DNA from: Podarcis erhardii
Lineage: Eukaryota
NCBI GenBank assembly: GCA_964252035.1
Contig: OZ176200.1
Direction: 5' to 3' (one strand)
DNA length: 64,000 nt
The position numbers were made by a program, and so were the translations under genes. Of the stretch, positions 37,741-49,676 are shown piece after piece. The notes beneath the pieces were generated by a model. It did no database searches and was not told the origin of the DNA. It worked only from the letters and a program-made list of their open reading frames with translations. Within the stretch, counting starts at the first letter, position 1. Each line of letters begins with the position of its first letter.

Positions 37741-37943
37741 TGGCAGATGTTGTGTGCTGTTAATCATGCAGTAACGGTACAGGACGGGTACTTTGGCAGT
37801 TTGTCGACAAAGCTGTCCAAACACCCACTTGCATATGTGACTGTGCCTTGCACAATCCAAGTCTTATGATAATCCTGGATGAAGGTTTATTTTGGATGTA
37901 TTAGGCTTGCAGGCTGCACATTGGACATGTTTTTTGCTTTTTG

Positions 37944-39169
37944 CTCTCTGGTCGGGGACAGAGGGTGGCGCTTGGGGGGGAATTGTCATCGCGCCACTCC
38001 TTGGTGTGCGGAGTGCCTCAGGGTGCGATACTCTCCCCGATGCTTTTCAACATCTTTATGCACCCCCTCGCCCAGCTTGTCCGGAGTTTTGGGCTGGGTT
38101 GCCATCAGTATGCCGATGACACCCAACTCTATCTGTTGATGGATGGCCATCCTGACTCGGCCCCAGACACACTGACCAGATGTCTGGAAGCTGTGGCTGG
38201 ATGGTTACGTGGGAGCCGGTTGAAGTTAAATCCTTCGAAGACAGAGGTCCTTTGGCTGGGACGGGACGATATGGGATTGAGGGAGCAACTCCCATCTCTT
38301 GCGGGGGTGCAATTAGTGCCAGCACCGTCCGTTAAGAGTTTGGGTGTAATCTTCGATACCTCCCTCTCTATGGAGGCGCAGATTACAGCTATAACAAAGG
38401 CGGCATTTTTTCATCTCCGCCAAGCTAAGCAGTTGGCTCCTTACCTCTCTCGCCCTGACCTAGCCACTGTGATCCACACGACGGTCACCTCCAGACTGGA
38501 TTATTGTAACTCGCTCTACGTGGGGCTGCCCTTGAGACTGACCCAGAAACTCCAGCGGGTGCAGAATGCTGCAGCGAGACTCCTTATGGGGTCTTCGCTG
38601 TGAGATCACATTCATCCGGTACTATACCAGCTGCACTGGCTCCCGGTGGAGTACAGGATCAGGTTTAAGGTGCTGGTTTTAACCTTTAAAGCCCTATATG
38701 GCCTAGGACCCTCGTACCTACGGGACCGCCTCTCCTGGTATGCCCCACAGAGAAACCTACGGTCTGCAAATAAAAACATCCTGAAGGTCCCAGGCCTCAG
38801 AGAGGTTAGGCTGGCCTCAACTAGAGCCAGGGCCTTCTCGGCTGCGGCTCCAATCTGGTGGAACGCTCTGTCACAAGAGACTAGGGCCCTGCGGGACTTG
38901 ACATCTTTCCGCAGGGCCTGCAAGACAGAGTTGTTCCACCAGGCCTTTGGTCAGGGCGCAGCCTGACTCCCTCCTCTGGCAACCTGCACAGAATGTTGCT
39001 TAATGGTTGCCATCAACTTGATTTTAATTAATTTTTATAATGAAATGAAATATTTTTAGAATGTTGGATTATTTGATTGTTTGATTATTTGATTGTTGTT
39101 AGCTGCCCTGAGCCCGGCTTCGGCTGGGGAGGGCGGGATATAAATAAAATTTATTATTATTATTTATTA
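37944..39169 (+). mobile_element. L2-clade LINE, 5'-truncated, with RT domain C-terminal half
   Basis: GVPQGAILSPMLFNIFM, HQYADDTQLY, LKLNPSKTE, SRLDYCNSL, HWLPVEYRI. One in-frame TGA at 38601-38603. (ATT)n tail. 11-bp TSD TTTGCTTTTTG at 37933-37943 and 39170-39180. Confidence 0.95.
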
Positions 39170-41761
39170 TTTGCTTTTTGGTTCTGTTGAATTCTGCCCT
39201 GAGCTCTTGCTTGCTGTGATATTGTATACATATTATTGTATTATATGTATTATTGATACGTATTATTGATACAAAGGTTTTACTGAGGTTTGAGACAGAT
39301 GAAGGGAACTGCTGTTTCTTAGTGGAAGGGCATCTGCTTTCAATGCAAAATCCCTGGCATTTCCAGGTACAGCTAGAAGAGACTCCAATCTGAAATACTG
39401 ATGAGCCACACAGTACAGTGGACTAATGGCTTGATTCAATATAAGGCAGTTTCCTGTGTTTTCTGCAAAGAGGTGTTGGTGTTGGGGAAAGAAAAGCAAA
39501 GAAAGCAAAACAAAAAGGATAATTGTGCAATCTGAACAAGCTGTTCAGACACACATGACTGTTTACCTCTGTGTCGTGGGAAGTCGCTTCTAAGTTCTTG
39601 TTATTGCAACTGCTACCTTTACAGTGCATCTGGGTATCTTTCAGTGAGCTCCACAGTACTGTCAATGCAAGACAGAATGTGCAACAGAAACTTAGTCACT
39701 GTATGTTTCGCATCTACATTATAGATCAACTGACGCACCAGCTGATTCGTATGCCTCTCACTTTTGAAAATAGAAATTGCTGCTGGTGTATGAGTGCCTG
39801 CAATCAAAGTGCACTCAGCACTTTATTGCAGATATGGTTTCTGGGTATTACGTGGAGTCTGATCAAAAGTTTTATCTGGTTGCATCATATAAAAACCATG
39901 AGGATCTCACAAGCATAGCTGACACGTATCTTTTAATATTCTGGGGGTGATTGCATAAGAGTACTTGAAGAGGATTGTGCAAAACCCTGTCTCTACTGGG
40001 GGGCAGATTTGTGCTTCAAATAAAGAACTGATAAATTGCTCCTTAGGTAGTTGCCAAGTTCTTGCTTGACCTCAAGTATATGATCCTCCTTGGAGTCTTC
40101 CCAATAATAGGTGGAAGATGTGCATTTAAGGTTGTACTTGCACTTACAAAAAAGGAAAGGAGAAGAGAAAGAATGGTGCAAGAAAATTATATGCCTATAA
40201 AAGCCCTAGAGGAAAAAAGACAACCCAGTCCAGGAAGAAAATCTTAACATTTCAGGAAGCTTTGAAAGCAGAGTGCTCAAAGCGATTGCATAGTGAAGAT
40301 TAAAAATGATTCTCTGCTCTGCTCTGCTCCACTGCCACCCTCTGTGAAACTGACATAGCCTTGGGAAATAAAATAGGAACTTTGAGAAGGGCTTGCTTTG
40401 CTGCAGGGTGCATGTGCATGGAGGAATGGTGAATTGTAATATGGTAAAGCATGTGTTAGTATTGTGGCTGTAGTTTTTGTTTGGATAGGCCAGGGGTAGG
40501 GAAACTTGCCTAGGGCTACATTCCCTTCTAAGCAACCTTCTGGAGGCTGCATGGCAGTGCTGGGAGGGGCCACAGGCAAAACTGAGTAGAGCAATTGGAA
40601 GCAAGAGACTTTTTTTTTTTTAGTTCAACAACACATTCTAGACAGGCAAAAATACCCAACGAGAGTGGAAAACAGCTAGTAATGGGTGGCTGGGTAGGTG
40701 GCGGTGGCCTGGAGAGTCCTAATAGAGAGGTTGGGTTGGACTAGATGACCCTTGGGGTCCCTTCCAACTCTACAATTCTATGACTCTTAAGCAGCATCTG
40801 GCAAGTCCTGGGTTTTAATGCTGTCTTCACCACATACTAATTACTTGGCCATAGGCAAGCCATTTTTCCAAGATGCAGGTCTACCTTCCAGGACTGTTAT
40901 GAAAGTTGTTGAAATTCGTGTGTGGTTTTTGTTTCTTAACATTTGAAATGTGCTGCATGCACATTTAACCCTGTAACCAATTTATTTTTGACCACACAAA
41001 CTTTTGGTGCATTCGGCAGACCTAAAGTGTGAAAGGTGCCCTGAGAGTGGATTCAGACCAGCACCACAGAGCTGCTTCACAGAGGATGCTTTGCCTTGCT
41101 ACATGTGGCAGCTGCTTCTGTGTGCTGAGCTGCTAATCAAGGGAGCAAATTGCTATGCAGAGAACCCTCCTTTTGATCATGTCACCACCACACATTTCAA
41201 TTGGGGTTGTAGTGGTGTGGCGACACTTTGGGCTTCTTCATGTAGTTTAGTATATTTGCCAAGCATGGCAGCACTGACTCCAGTAAAGGTTTCAAGCTCT
41301 CTAGGAAAACCCTTGCATAGCCTTTCTCTTTCTCTCTTTTCTTTTTAATGATTGCCTGCTAATTGCTGCAAATCACAGTGCTATTAAAAGGAGAGCTAGA
41401 GGAATGAGTTCAAGAACTGGTGGCTGTGCCCCTCTTTATGTTTTGGATGGGGGGGGGTATGCAACCTAAGGCTCGCCTTCTCCTTCTCAATCCGGCCCGC
41501 AGATGGTCCGGGAATCAGCATGTTTTTACATGAGTAGAATGTGTCATTTTATTTAAAATGCATCTCTGGGTTATTTGTGGGGCATAGGAATTCATTCATC
41601 CCCCCCCCCCAATATAGCCTACCACATGGTCTGAGGGACGGTGGACCGGCCCACGGCTGAAAAAGGTTGCTGGCCCCTGTATTGGATTCACCTTTGCTAA
41701 GGAACTCACAGTGACATACAGAGTCGTCGTCCCCCCTCCCCCCATTCCCATTACTATATAG

Positions 41762-41902
41762 CCTCACAACAACCCTGTGAGGTAGGTTAGCTAAGAGGCA
41801 GTGCCTGGCCCAAGGTCACCCAATGAGCTTCATGGCTAAGTGGGGATTTGAACCCTGGTCTCCCAGGTCCTAGTTGAACACTCTAAACACTACACCACAC
41901 TG
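41762..41902 (-). mobile_element. MIR/CORE-like SINE fragment
   Basis: CTCACAACAACCCTGTGAGGTAGG..CCCAAGGTCACCCA..GGATTTGAACCCTGG..CACTACACCACACTG, related to the 47.3 kb copy. Confidence 0.75.
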
Positions 41903-43043
41903 AATGAACAAAGGTTTCAAGGCAGAGAGGCAGGAATGGCTCAAGTTACGTTGTTGATCTGAAAGCGAATGATTCTGTTCCCGCTCTGTATCCTGATGTG
42001 TGCTGGGAGCGGGGAGGACAATAGTCTCCCATTCAGGGATCTTCCTCAGCCCAGAAACAATCAAATGAAGGATTAGAAACTTCTATTGGGAAAACTGGGG
42101 GGAGGGGGTACACCTGAACTGTTGTCCCATGGTTTGCATCTTTTCATTTTGAAGAGGAGTACAGTGCCTGTTGAATTCTGAGACCTTGAGTTGCTCCAGC
42201 CCTGGTGGGACTTTGAAAGGACAGGTGTGTCCAAGAATTGCAAAACATGTTGATTGTGAAACACGCTGGAATAAAATTTCACTCCAGGAGCAGGACTTTT
42301 GGACATCTTAATGAAATTCAGCCAGGAAACTACAGGTAACATATTCAGAGCTAACAGGGCTGACCCACTAAACAAGTAATCTGCACACCTTTGCTGTTGG
42401 AAATATAGAAGGTTTCCATGAACTTTGTGTGATTACTGCCAGCCACTAACATTTCCGGGTGTTACAGAAAAGATCCTCAGGTTGAGGAGTACCATTGAGG
42501 GTACCATTTTCATAAGAGCTAAAGTGCAAAGGTACCTCCTTAAAAAAAAGTTACGAAGTTAACCAGTGCCCTAGATGTTCTTGACTCCTGTGTTGTAAAT
42601 TTTGCCAGGCTTCCTAAACTAGACTGGGAGTGCAGTGTTTGCTGAGTAATGCTATATAACTGTGGGAGTGCCCCCTCTCCACCCAAGAGAGTCAGATACA
42701 GTTACAGTTATTGTGTTTCAGATGCATTTGAGGGCTTAACATGCAGGCCACATATTTCCAGTATTTCCTCTGGTTTCACAAGCATGGACTAGAAACTATT
42801 TTTTTTTCTTTTAAAAATAATGAATTAGTTATCTAGGTGAACTGGGTATTTGTATGGTGATCTTAAATCTTTTAAGTTCCCCTGTATGAGTCTATTGGGT
42901 TGATTTTTACATAAATAATTTTAAAACCAAGACTCATAGACAATCTGCCTTTGGGGGTGGGGGGGGGGAAGGTCTGCATTCCTGGAGGTTTAAACCAAAG
43001 GAGCCCAGGCTCAAACTTCAATTAATTGTTCCATTCTTCCATA

Positions 43044-43277
43044 CAGTGGTACCTCTGGTTATGAACTTAATTCATTCCGGAGGTCCGTTCTTAACCTGAA
43101 AACGTTCTTAACCTGAGATACCACTTTAGCTAATGGGACCTCCTGCTGCCGCCGGCAGGCAATTTCTGTTCTCATCCTGAGGTAAAGTTCTTAACCCGAG
43201 ATACTACTTCCGGGTTAGTGGAGGCTGTAGCCTGAAGTGTTTGTAACCTGAGGTGTTTGTAACCTGAGGTACCACTA
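43044..43277. mobile_element. Tc1/mariner-type MITE (CAGTGGTACC family, opposite orientation)
   Basis: CAGTGGTACCTCTGGTTA ... TAACCTGAGGTACCACTA, with TA flanks. Confidence 0.88.
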
Positions 43278-43282
43278 TAGTA

Positions 43283-43371
43283 CATAGCTGTCAATGTTTT
43301 CCTTTTTTAAAAGGAAATTCCCTTATTCTGAATAGGATTCCTCGCAAGAAAAGGGAAAATTGACAGCTATG
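43283..43371. mobile_element. Small hAT-type MITE
   Basis: 12-bp TIR CATAGCTGTCAA / TTGACAGCTATG. 8-bp flanks CTATAGTA / CTGTAGTG. Confidence 0.75.
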
Positions 43372-43773
43372 CTGTAGTGCAGTGTGAAGATCAGGTTTCC
43401 CTGCTTGGTGCTCCTTGCCTTCAGATCTCTCCATGTCAAAAGCAGGGACGTGGTGGTTAAATGGGATAATAACCTGTGTTCAAATGCATCTTAGGACTTG
43501 TTTTCATATTTTTTTGGAGCTTGCCATTCTGTAACAGGAAGCTTCAGACACACCCTTTTGCTGACTGCCTGTTTTGGCTCATCCACAAGTCACTGGTGCG
43601 AGGCAGTGCTCAACAAAAATGCTGGCGCCCCCACTGCTCCAGGGCTGAGCTCAAAGGGTTGATGCCAACCCTTACTCAATTGCTGCTACCAACATGCTGA
43701 AAGCTGTAGACACGTGGGTTGCTTGTCCTTGGGGATGAACTGTGAGAAACTTTTAAGTAGGAAGGCCTGCAAA

Positions 43774-43930
43774 NNNNNNNNNNNNNNNNNNNNNNNNNNN
43801 NNNNNNNNNNNNNNNNNNNNNNNNNNNNNNNNNNNNNNNNNNNNNNNNNNNNNNNNNNNNNNNNNNNNNNNNNNNNNNNNNNNNNNNNNNNNNNNNNNNN
43901 NNNNNNNNNNNNNNNNNNNNNNNNNNNNNN
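43774..43930. other. Assembly gap (157 N)
   Basis: Run of N. Confidence 1.
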
Positions 43931-44063
43931 ACCACACACATGCATTGTGACGCTACTTGGGAGCAACTGCCTGGTGGGGAACCAGCACCAAATGTACATG
44001 GCTGGTGTGATGTTGGAGGAGTGGGAGCCGTTGAGGTTGGATCTAATGGGTGTATATTATGTA

Positions 44064-44417
44064 CAGTGGTGCATCGCAAGACGAAATTAATCCGTTCCGT
44101 GAGTCTCTTCGTATACCGGTTTTTTCGTCTTGCGAAGCAAGCCCATTGACAGCTTAGCAGATTAGCGCTATTAGCGGTTTAGCGGCTTTTAGCAGCTTTT
44201 AGCGGCTTATCAGCTTAGTGGATCAGCTGATAAGTGGCTTAGCTGCTTAGAAAAAGGGGGGGAAGGGAAAAAAACCCGCAGGAACTCGCAAGACATTTTC
44301 GTTTTGCGAAGCAAGCCCATAGGGAAATTCGTTTTGCGAAGCGCCTCCAAAACGGAAAACCCTTTCGTCTAGCGGGTTTTCCGTCTTGCGAGGCGTTCGT
44401 CTTGCGGGGCACCACTG
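44064..44417. mobile_element. Tc1/mariner-type MITE with internal TTAGCGG-like array
   Basis: 22-bp TIR CAGTGGTG(CAT/CCC)CGCAAGACGAA, with TA TSD. Confidence 0.88.
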
Positions 44418-45141
44418 TACAAAATTTGTCCAGTTTTTAGGCTGCTATATTACGGTGAATTGTGATGGGTCAGGCCTTGTTTCTCTTTGTTTCCACTGAA
44501 GCCAGCTGTAAAGATGTAACTCAGGGGTCGCCAAGATAGTTGTGGTGTGAAACGACATCCATGACAGTTGCTTGGGTTTGCAAATGTGGCCCAAAAATGT
44601 TGGTTTCCCCTGATGTATTTAGGACATGGTGTAGGATTCTGATGGGCCATTTGTGTTGTTATATAAGAGGGGGACACTCCTGGTACACAGGTATGGGTTT
44701 CCTGTTACAGTACTGCTTTATGGCTACCGTATACAATTACATGAAGTACAGGATCATGACATTTCTCAAAATGCTAAAGAGGTGAGTCAGGAGCTCCTCA
44801 TCTCGATGGATTCCTGGCTCACTTTCAGCTTACTTATCCTTTAGCCTACCTTTTGGAGCACATCGGAGATCGAAGTAAATGGAAAACATTTCATCCATCC
44901 CTGGCAAAATTAGTGTAACCAATTGTGTCCACAGGCCATTAGATTGTCAATACTCTTATAAATCATTATGAATTTTAGTAATATTTGCCATTCCTAGAAT
45001 AGAGTATGGTATAGTTGGATCAGTCTTAAATAAATAATGTTGATTTATATTGGGGGCTATCTAGTCAATATACGGTAATTGGAGAGCATTTAAACTTCTT
45101 ATCTGGGTCTTCAGTTGCACAGCAGTTGTAACAGCAGTACG

Positions 45142-45172
<31 letters not shown>

Positions 45173-45569
45173 ACAAAGTGAGTTTGGAAATTGCTTTACT
45201 ACATGCTGCCTCTGTTTGAAGGCATTACGAAACAGATGCAGTTGAGGCTGAAGGCAATGACCCAAACACTTGTTAATATTGGCACATGCTGACCCACTCA
45301 TATTTGCTAATAAACAAAGTGCCAGCATGCTTTGATGTGTTTTAAAATGCCAGTTATCAAGGTGAGATAGTATTTAGCCATATATTTAAAATGAATTTTA
45401 AACAGCTTTAAATCTATATATCTTATAAGATATATTATATCTTAAATCTATTATGTCTTATATTTTGACTCTCAAATCCAAGGAATAGTACCATAATAAC
45501 CCTCCCAATCTGCAGGCCTGTACAAATAATACAAGTTGATATTTTACACAGATGTAGGAGATATTACAT

Positions 45570-45980
45570 TAGAATGATAGAATTGTAGAGTTGGAAGGGA
45601 CCCCAAAGTCATTGCCCAACCCTCTGCAATGCAGGAATTTCAACTAGACCATACTGTATATGACAGATGGCCATCCAACCTCTTCTTAAAAACCTCCAAG
45701 GAAGGAGAGTCCACCACCTCTCGTGGGAATTTGTTCCACTGTCAAACAGCTCTTACTGACAGAAAGATCTTCCTGATGCTTAGCTGGAATCTCCTTTCTT
45801 GTAACTTGAATCCATTGGTTTGGGTCCTAGCCTCTGGAGCAGGAGAAAACAAACTCCATCCTCCATGTGACGGCCCTTAAGATATTTGAAGATGGCTATC
45901 ACATCTCTTTTCAGTCTCCAGGCTAAGCATACCCAATTCCCGCAGCTGTTCCTCATAAGATGTGGCTTTCAGACCCTTTA
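45570..45980 (-). mobile_element. CR1 LINE 3' fragment
   Basis: Minus frame IKGLKATSYEEQLRELGMLSLE. Typical CR1 3' end (TAGAAT-ATAGAATTGTAGAGTTGGAAGGGACC on +). Confidence 0.88.
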
Positions 45981-47211
45981 TTGTAGCTGTGGATTTCTGA
46001 TCAATGTCCCAGCATGTTAAACTAAATTTAAACCAGACCAGTGGGCACAGTGTGACACAACAACAAACAGTATTGGACAACATCACTAACCCCCCCTCCT
46101 TCACATACGTACTTTTTTCACCCCATGATTCTTCCATGAAAATAACAAGAAAGAACTGTATGCTGGTATACTGCCACAATTTTAATCACTTTACTCCCAC
46201 AATTTTCCGAGTTAAGGGGGCTGCAAACAGATTTTTCCCTGGCATCAAATGGCACAGAAATCAGCGCTAAACACACAATATATTGAATTAATTTTCCAGA
46301 AGTGACTTTTTAAGTCATGTGAAAGCTGAAATATAATGCAAAAATTAACAGTTAGGGAAATAGAATAAACCACCACATGAAAGCAGCCACAGATACATGA
46401 AAATATTGCTCCTGGTAGATTGCAACCCCCCCCCTTTCAGGAGCTATAATTACAGCAACTTTGGGGGTTGCTTTATTTGTGGGGGTGGCGGCATGATTCA
46501 GATAAGAAGTCTGGGGTTGGCAATGTAATGGGCAGTCATTATTTCTCAGCCTGGCATACCGCAGAGGACTTTTTTGAGGACAGCTTGGGAAGGCTCCCTG
46601 GACTCTTTAGAGCAGCTTTGGCCAATTTGGTGCCCTCAAGGTGTTTTCAGCAACAAGTCCCATCAACTCCAGCCAGGTGTCTGTTTGCCATCCTTCTGCA
46701 CAAAATCAAAGCCTCCCAAGGCCAGTGGTGGACTTCGGGCCTTCAAATTTCAGTGGCATCCTGGGGGACTCCAACATTCGGTGCCCCTCTGCCCCTCGCC
46801 TTCCATCCAAATAATTGTTGCAGCGCCCTCTTGGCTCGGTGCCCATTGTGGGCCCATCAGTTGCACCCCCCTAAATCTGCCTCTGCCAAGGCTTTTAAAA
46901 AAAGGAAATCAAGGTTTTGTTATGTGTATATATGTTACATGTAGTTTGCCAATTGCTCAGTGCAAGAAATTATGGAATAGTCACTGTTTTCTTTTATTTG
47001 CATAAGAAGCACGGAGAAAGAACAGTAATATTAAACCCCACTGAGGGGGCAGTGTGAATCTTGCTGTATTTAATGTGGGTGTAAATTAATGCTGTTTGGG
47101 GAAGGAGGCATGAATAGGTCTTAAATAAATAAATTCTGCATCAGAACATAGAGCTACATTTTTTCACTGCCTGGGACTAAGGTGCAAGTACATGTAATAA
47201 TAATAATAATC

Positions 47212-47491
47212 AGAAGAAGAAGAAGAAGAAGAAGAAGAAGAAGAAGAAGAAGAAGAGTTTGAATTTGATATCCCGCCTTTCACTCCCTTTAAGGAGTCTC
47301 AAAGCGGCTAACATTCTCCTTTCCCTTCCTCCCCCACAACAAACACTCTGTGAGGTGAGTGGGGCTGAGAGACTTCAAAGAAGTGTGACTAGCCCAAGGT
47401 CACCCAGCAGCTGCATGTGGAGGAGCAGGGAAGCAAACCCGGTTCACCAGATTATGAGACTACCGCTCTTAACCACTACACCACCCTGGCT
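47212..47491 (-). mobile_element. MIR/CORE-like squamate SINE with (TTC)n tail
   Basis: Minus head GAGCCAGGGTGGTGTAGTGGTTAAGAGC. Core CCCAAGGTCACCCAG. (GAA)n on + at 47212-47256. Confidence 0.8.
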
Positions 47492-48105
47492 CTCAGCACA
47501 TAGTTGATCCCCACACCCACAAAATCTAGACACTGAAGCAGGTTGGTTGAACATCTGCAGTGCAGTGCAGTGCAATTGAATTATGGAATTTTAGCAACAG
47601 TGATACAGATGTGTTATTTGTTCTGGCAACTAGATTGCTTCAGAAACCCTTGGGCTTTTGTTTTCCAGGCAGATATTCCCCGGAATTGCATGTCTTGCTG
47701 TCTGCCTTCTTGGCAGGTTCAGGTACTTCCTTCAGGGAGCCTACTGTTCCCGTTTCTCAAATAATTCCACTTGTGCAACTTGTGTGACTTAGTTCTGTAT
47801 CATGGCTAGAACCAATATAAAAATCTGTGGCCTAACAGAGTTGGAAGAGAACAGGAAAAATACCTATGTGGAGGTGTGCATTTCAAATTCCAGCTCAGAT
47901 TGGTACATATGCTTCTACTATGGGGCGTTAACTAATTTGAGTGTTAAAATCCCCATGTAACTAAACTTAAAACAGAAAGAACAAGGAATGTTTTGGTGTC
48001 GTCTTTATTTAGTTCAATGTATACCCTGCACCTGTAGTTGGCTTCTATCCAGCTATTCAAAACAAGCCAAGAATTATAGCCCATTAGTCAGCAGTATTAA
48101 TACTA

Positions 48106-48791
48106 CCATATTTTTCGTCCCATACGACGCTCCATCCCATAGGTTGCACCTAGTTTTTTTGGGGGGAAATAAAGGAAATTTCCCCCCCTTTATTTCCCCC
48201 CCAAAACCAGGTCAGGGAAACCGAACCAGGTCGAGGAACAGCGGGATGGCGGCGCTGCGCCTCCTTGCTGTCCCCCAAGCTTGTGGGGCTGGCCGATGTC
48301 TGTCCGGCGGGCGGGGCGCTCTGCTTCAGGGTGCCCCTTGCGCCGGGCAGCAGGCTGCTATCCGCAGCGTGGGGAGCGCTGCCTAGGCTGCGGATGTGTT
48401 CCCGAAGCGCTGGGCGCTCTGCTTTCAGGGCGCCCGACGCTCCAGGAAGCAGGCTGCTATCCGCAGCCTAGACAGCCCTGCGGGACCTCCCGCAGGGCTG
48501 CGAGGCTGTGGATGTGTTCCCAAAGAGCTGAGCACTCTGCTTTCAGCGTGCCCGGCGCTCCGGGAAGCAAGCTGCTATCCGCAGCCTAGACAGCCCTGTG
48601 GGAACTCCCGCAGGACTGCTTAGGCTGCGGATGTGTTCCTGAAGCCTGGAGAGCGAGAGGGGTCGGTGCGCACCGACCCCTCTCGCTCTCCAAGCTTCAG
48701 CAAAAGCCTGCATTCACCCCATAGGACGCGCCCAGATTTCCCCTTCATTTTTGGAGGGGAAAAAGTGCATCCTATAGGGCGAAAAATAAGG
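48106..48791. mobile_element. Longer member of the same MITE family, with GC-rich internal tandem repeats
   Basis: TIR CC(A/T)TATTTTTCG..., TA flanks. The subterminal AGCCTGCATTC..CCATAGGACGC block is shared with 5997-6083. Confidence 0.82.
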
Positions 48792-49357
48792 TAACTAAAA
48801 GCTGAGGGAGTAAAAAAGTACTGGACAGAGCAGGTTGCCCCTGGAAGAAAGAGGTTAAAAACCTCTTGAGTCTGGCTGCCTAAGGCACTTGAAGCAGAGG
48901 CCTCTCTCCCAATGACCTAAGTGTGCAGGAAAGGTTCATATGGAAACAGGTGTTTACATTAGCTTCCACAGTCTCAAATCTTTCAGGGTTTTAATGGTTG
49001 GCTTTCAATTGTGCTCAGAAGCAGCTGTGTGAGTGGCGGCAACAGCAACACCCGAAGCTTGGGGAGGAGGTCCTCCGTCATCCTCTCTCTAGAGCACTCA
49101 TTAAGATTCCCTCTCATCAGAGCTTCAGACTGTCCAGCTGCCCATATGAGGAGATGCCTAATTCTAGGAATCAAAGCATCTCGTATGGCCTGGCCCTGGA
49201 TGCTAGATAGCACCCATGCAGGGAGGGGAAGGGCTATTGTCTTATATGGTGTGCTTGATACTTTTAGTTAAAACATACCCACTGGTGCTGACAGCAACAT
49301 GGAAAAGACATTTTACATCACTGTCGCTCCAGTGCCATCATAGGTCACCACTACCTT

Positions 49358-49676
49358 GGGATGTGGGTGGCGCTGTGGTCTAAACCACTGAGCCTCTTGG
49401 GCTTGCTGATTAGAAGGTCAGCGGTTTGAATCCCTGTGACAGGGTGACTTCCCGTTGCTCTGTCCCAGCTCCTGCCTACCTAGCAGTTCGAAAGCACACC
49501 AGTGCGAGTAGATAAATAGGTGTCAGGAAGATAAATGGAGTTTCCATGTTGTCCTGTTGCGCCACAGCGGTTCAGTCATGCTGGCCACATGATGCAGAAA
49601 GCTGTCTGTGGACAAACGCCAGCTCCCTTGGCCTGAAAGTGAGATGAGTGCCACAACCCATAGTCTCCTTTATCTT
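49358..49676 (+). mobile_element. Sauria SINE (long subtype, more diverged)
   Basis: Head GGGATGTGGGTGGCGCTGTGG. TSD ACCACTACCTT (49347-49357) / ACCACTGCCTT (49677-49687). Confidence 0.88.

Noticed and set aside
48240-48645. CRISPR-like spaced repeats
   Set aside because: Vertebrate DNA. The intervening sequence is itself repeated, there are no cas genes, and it lies inside a MITE.
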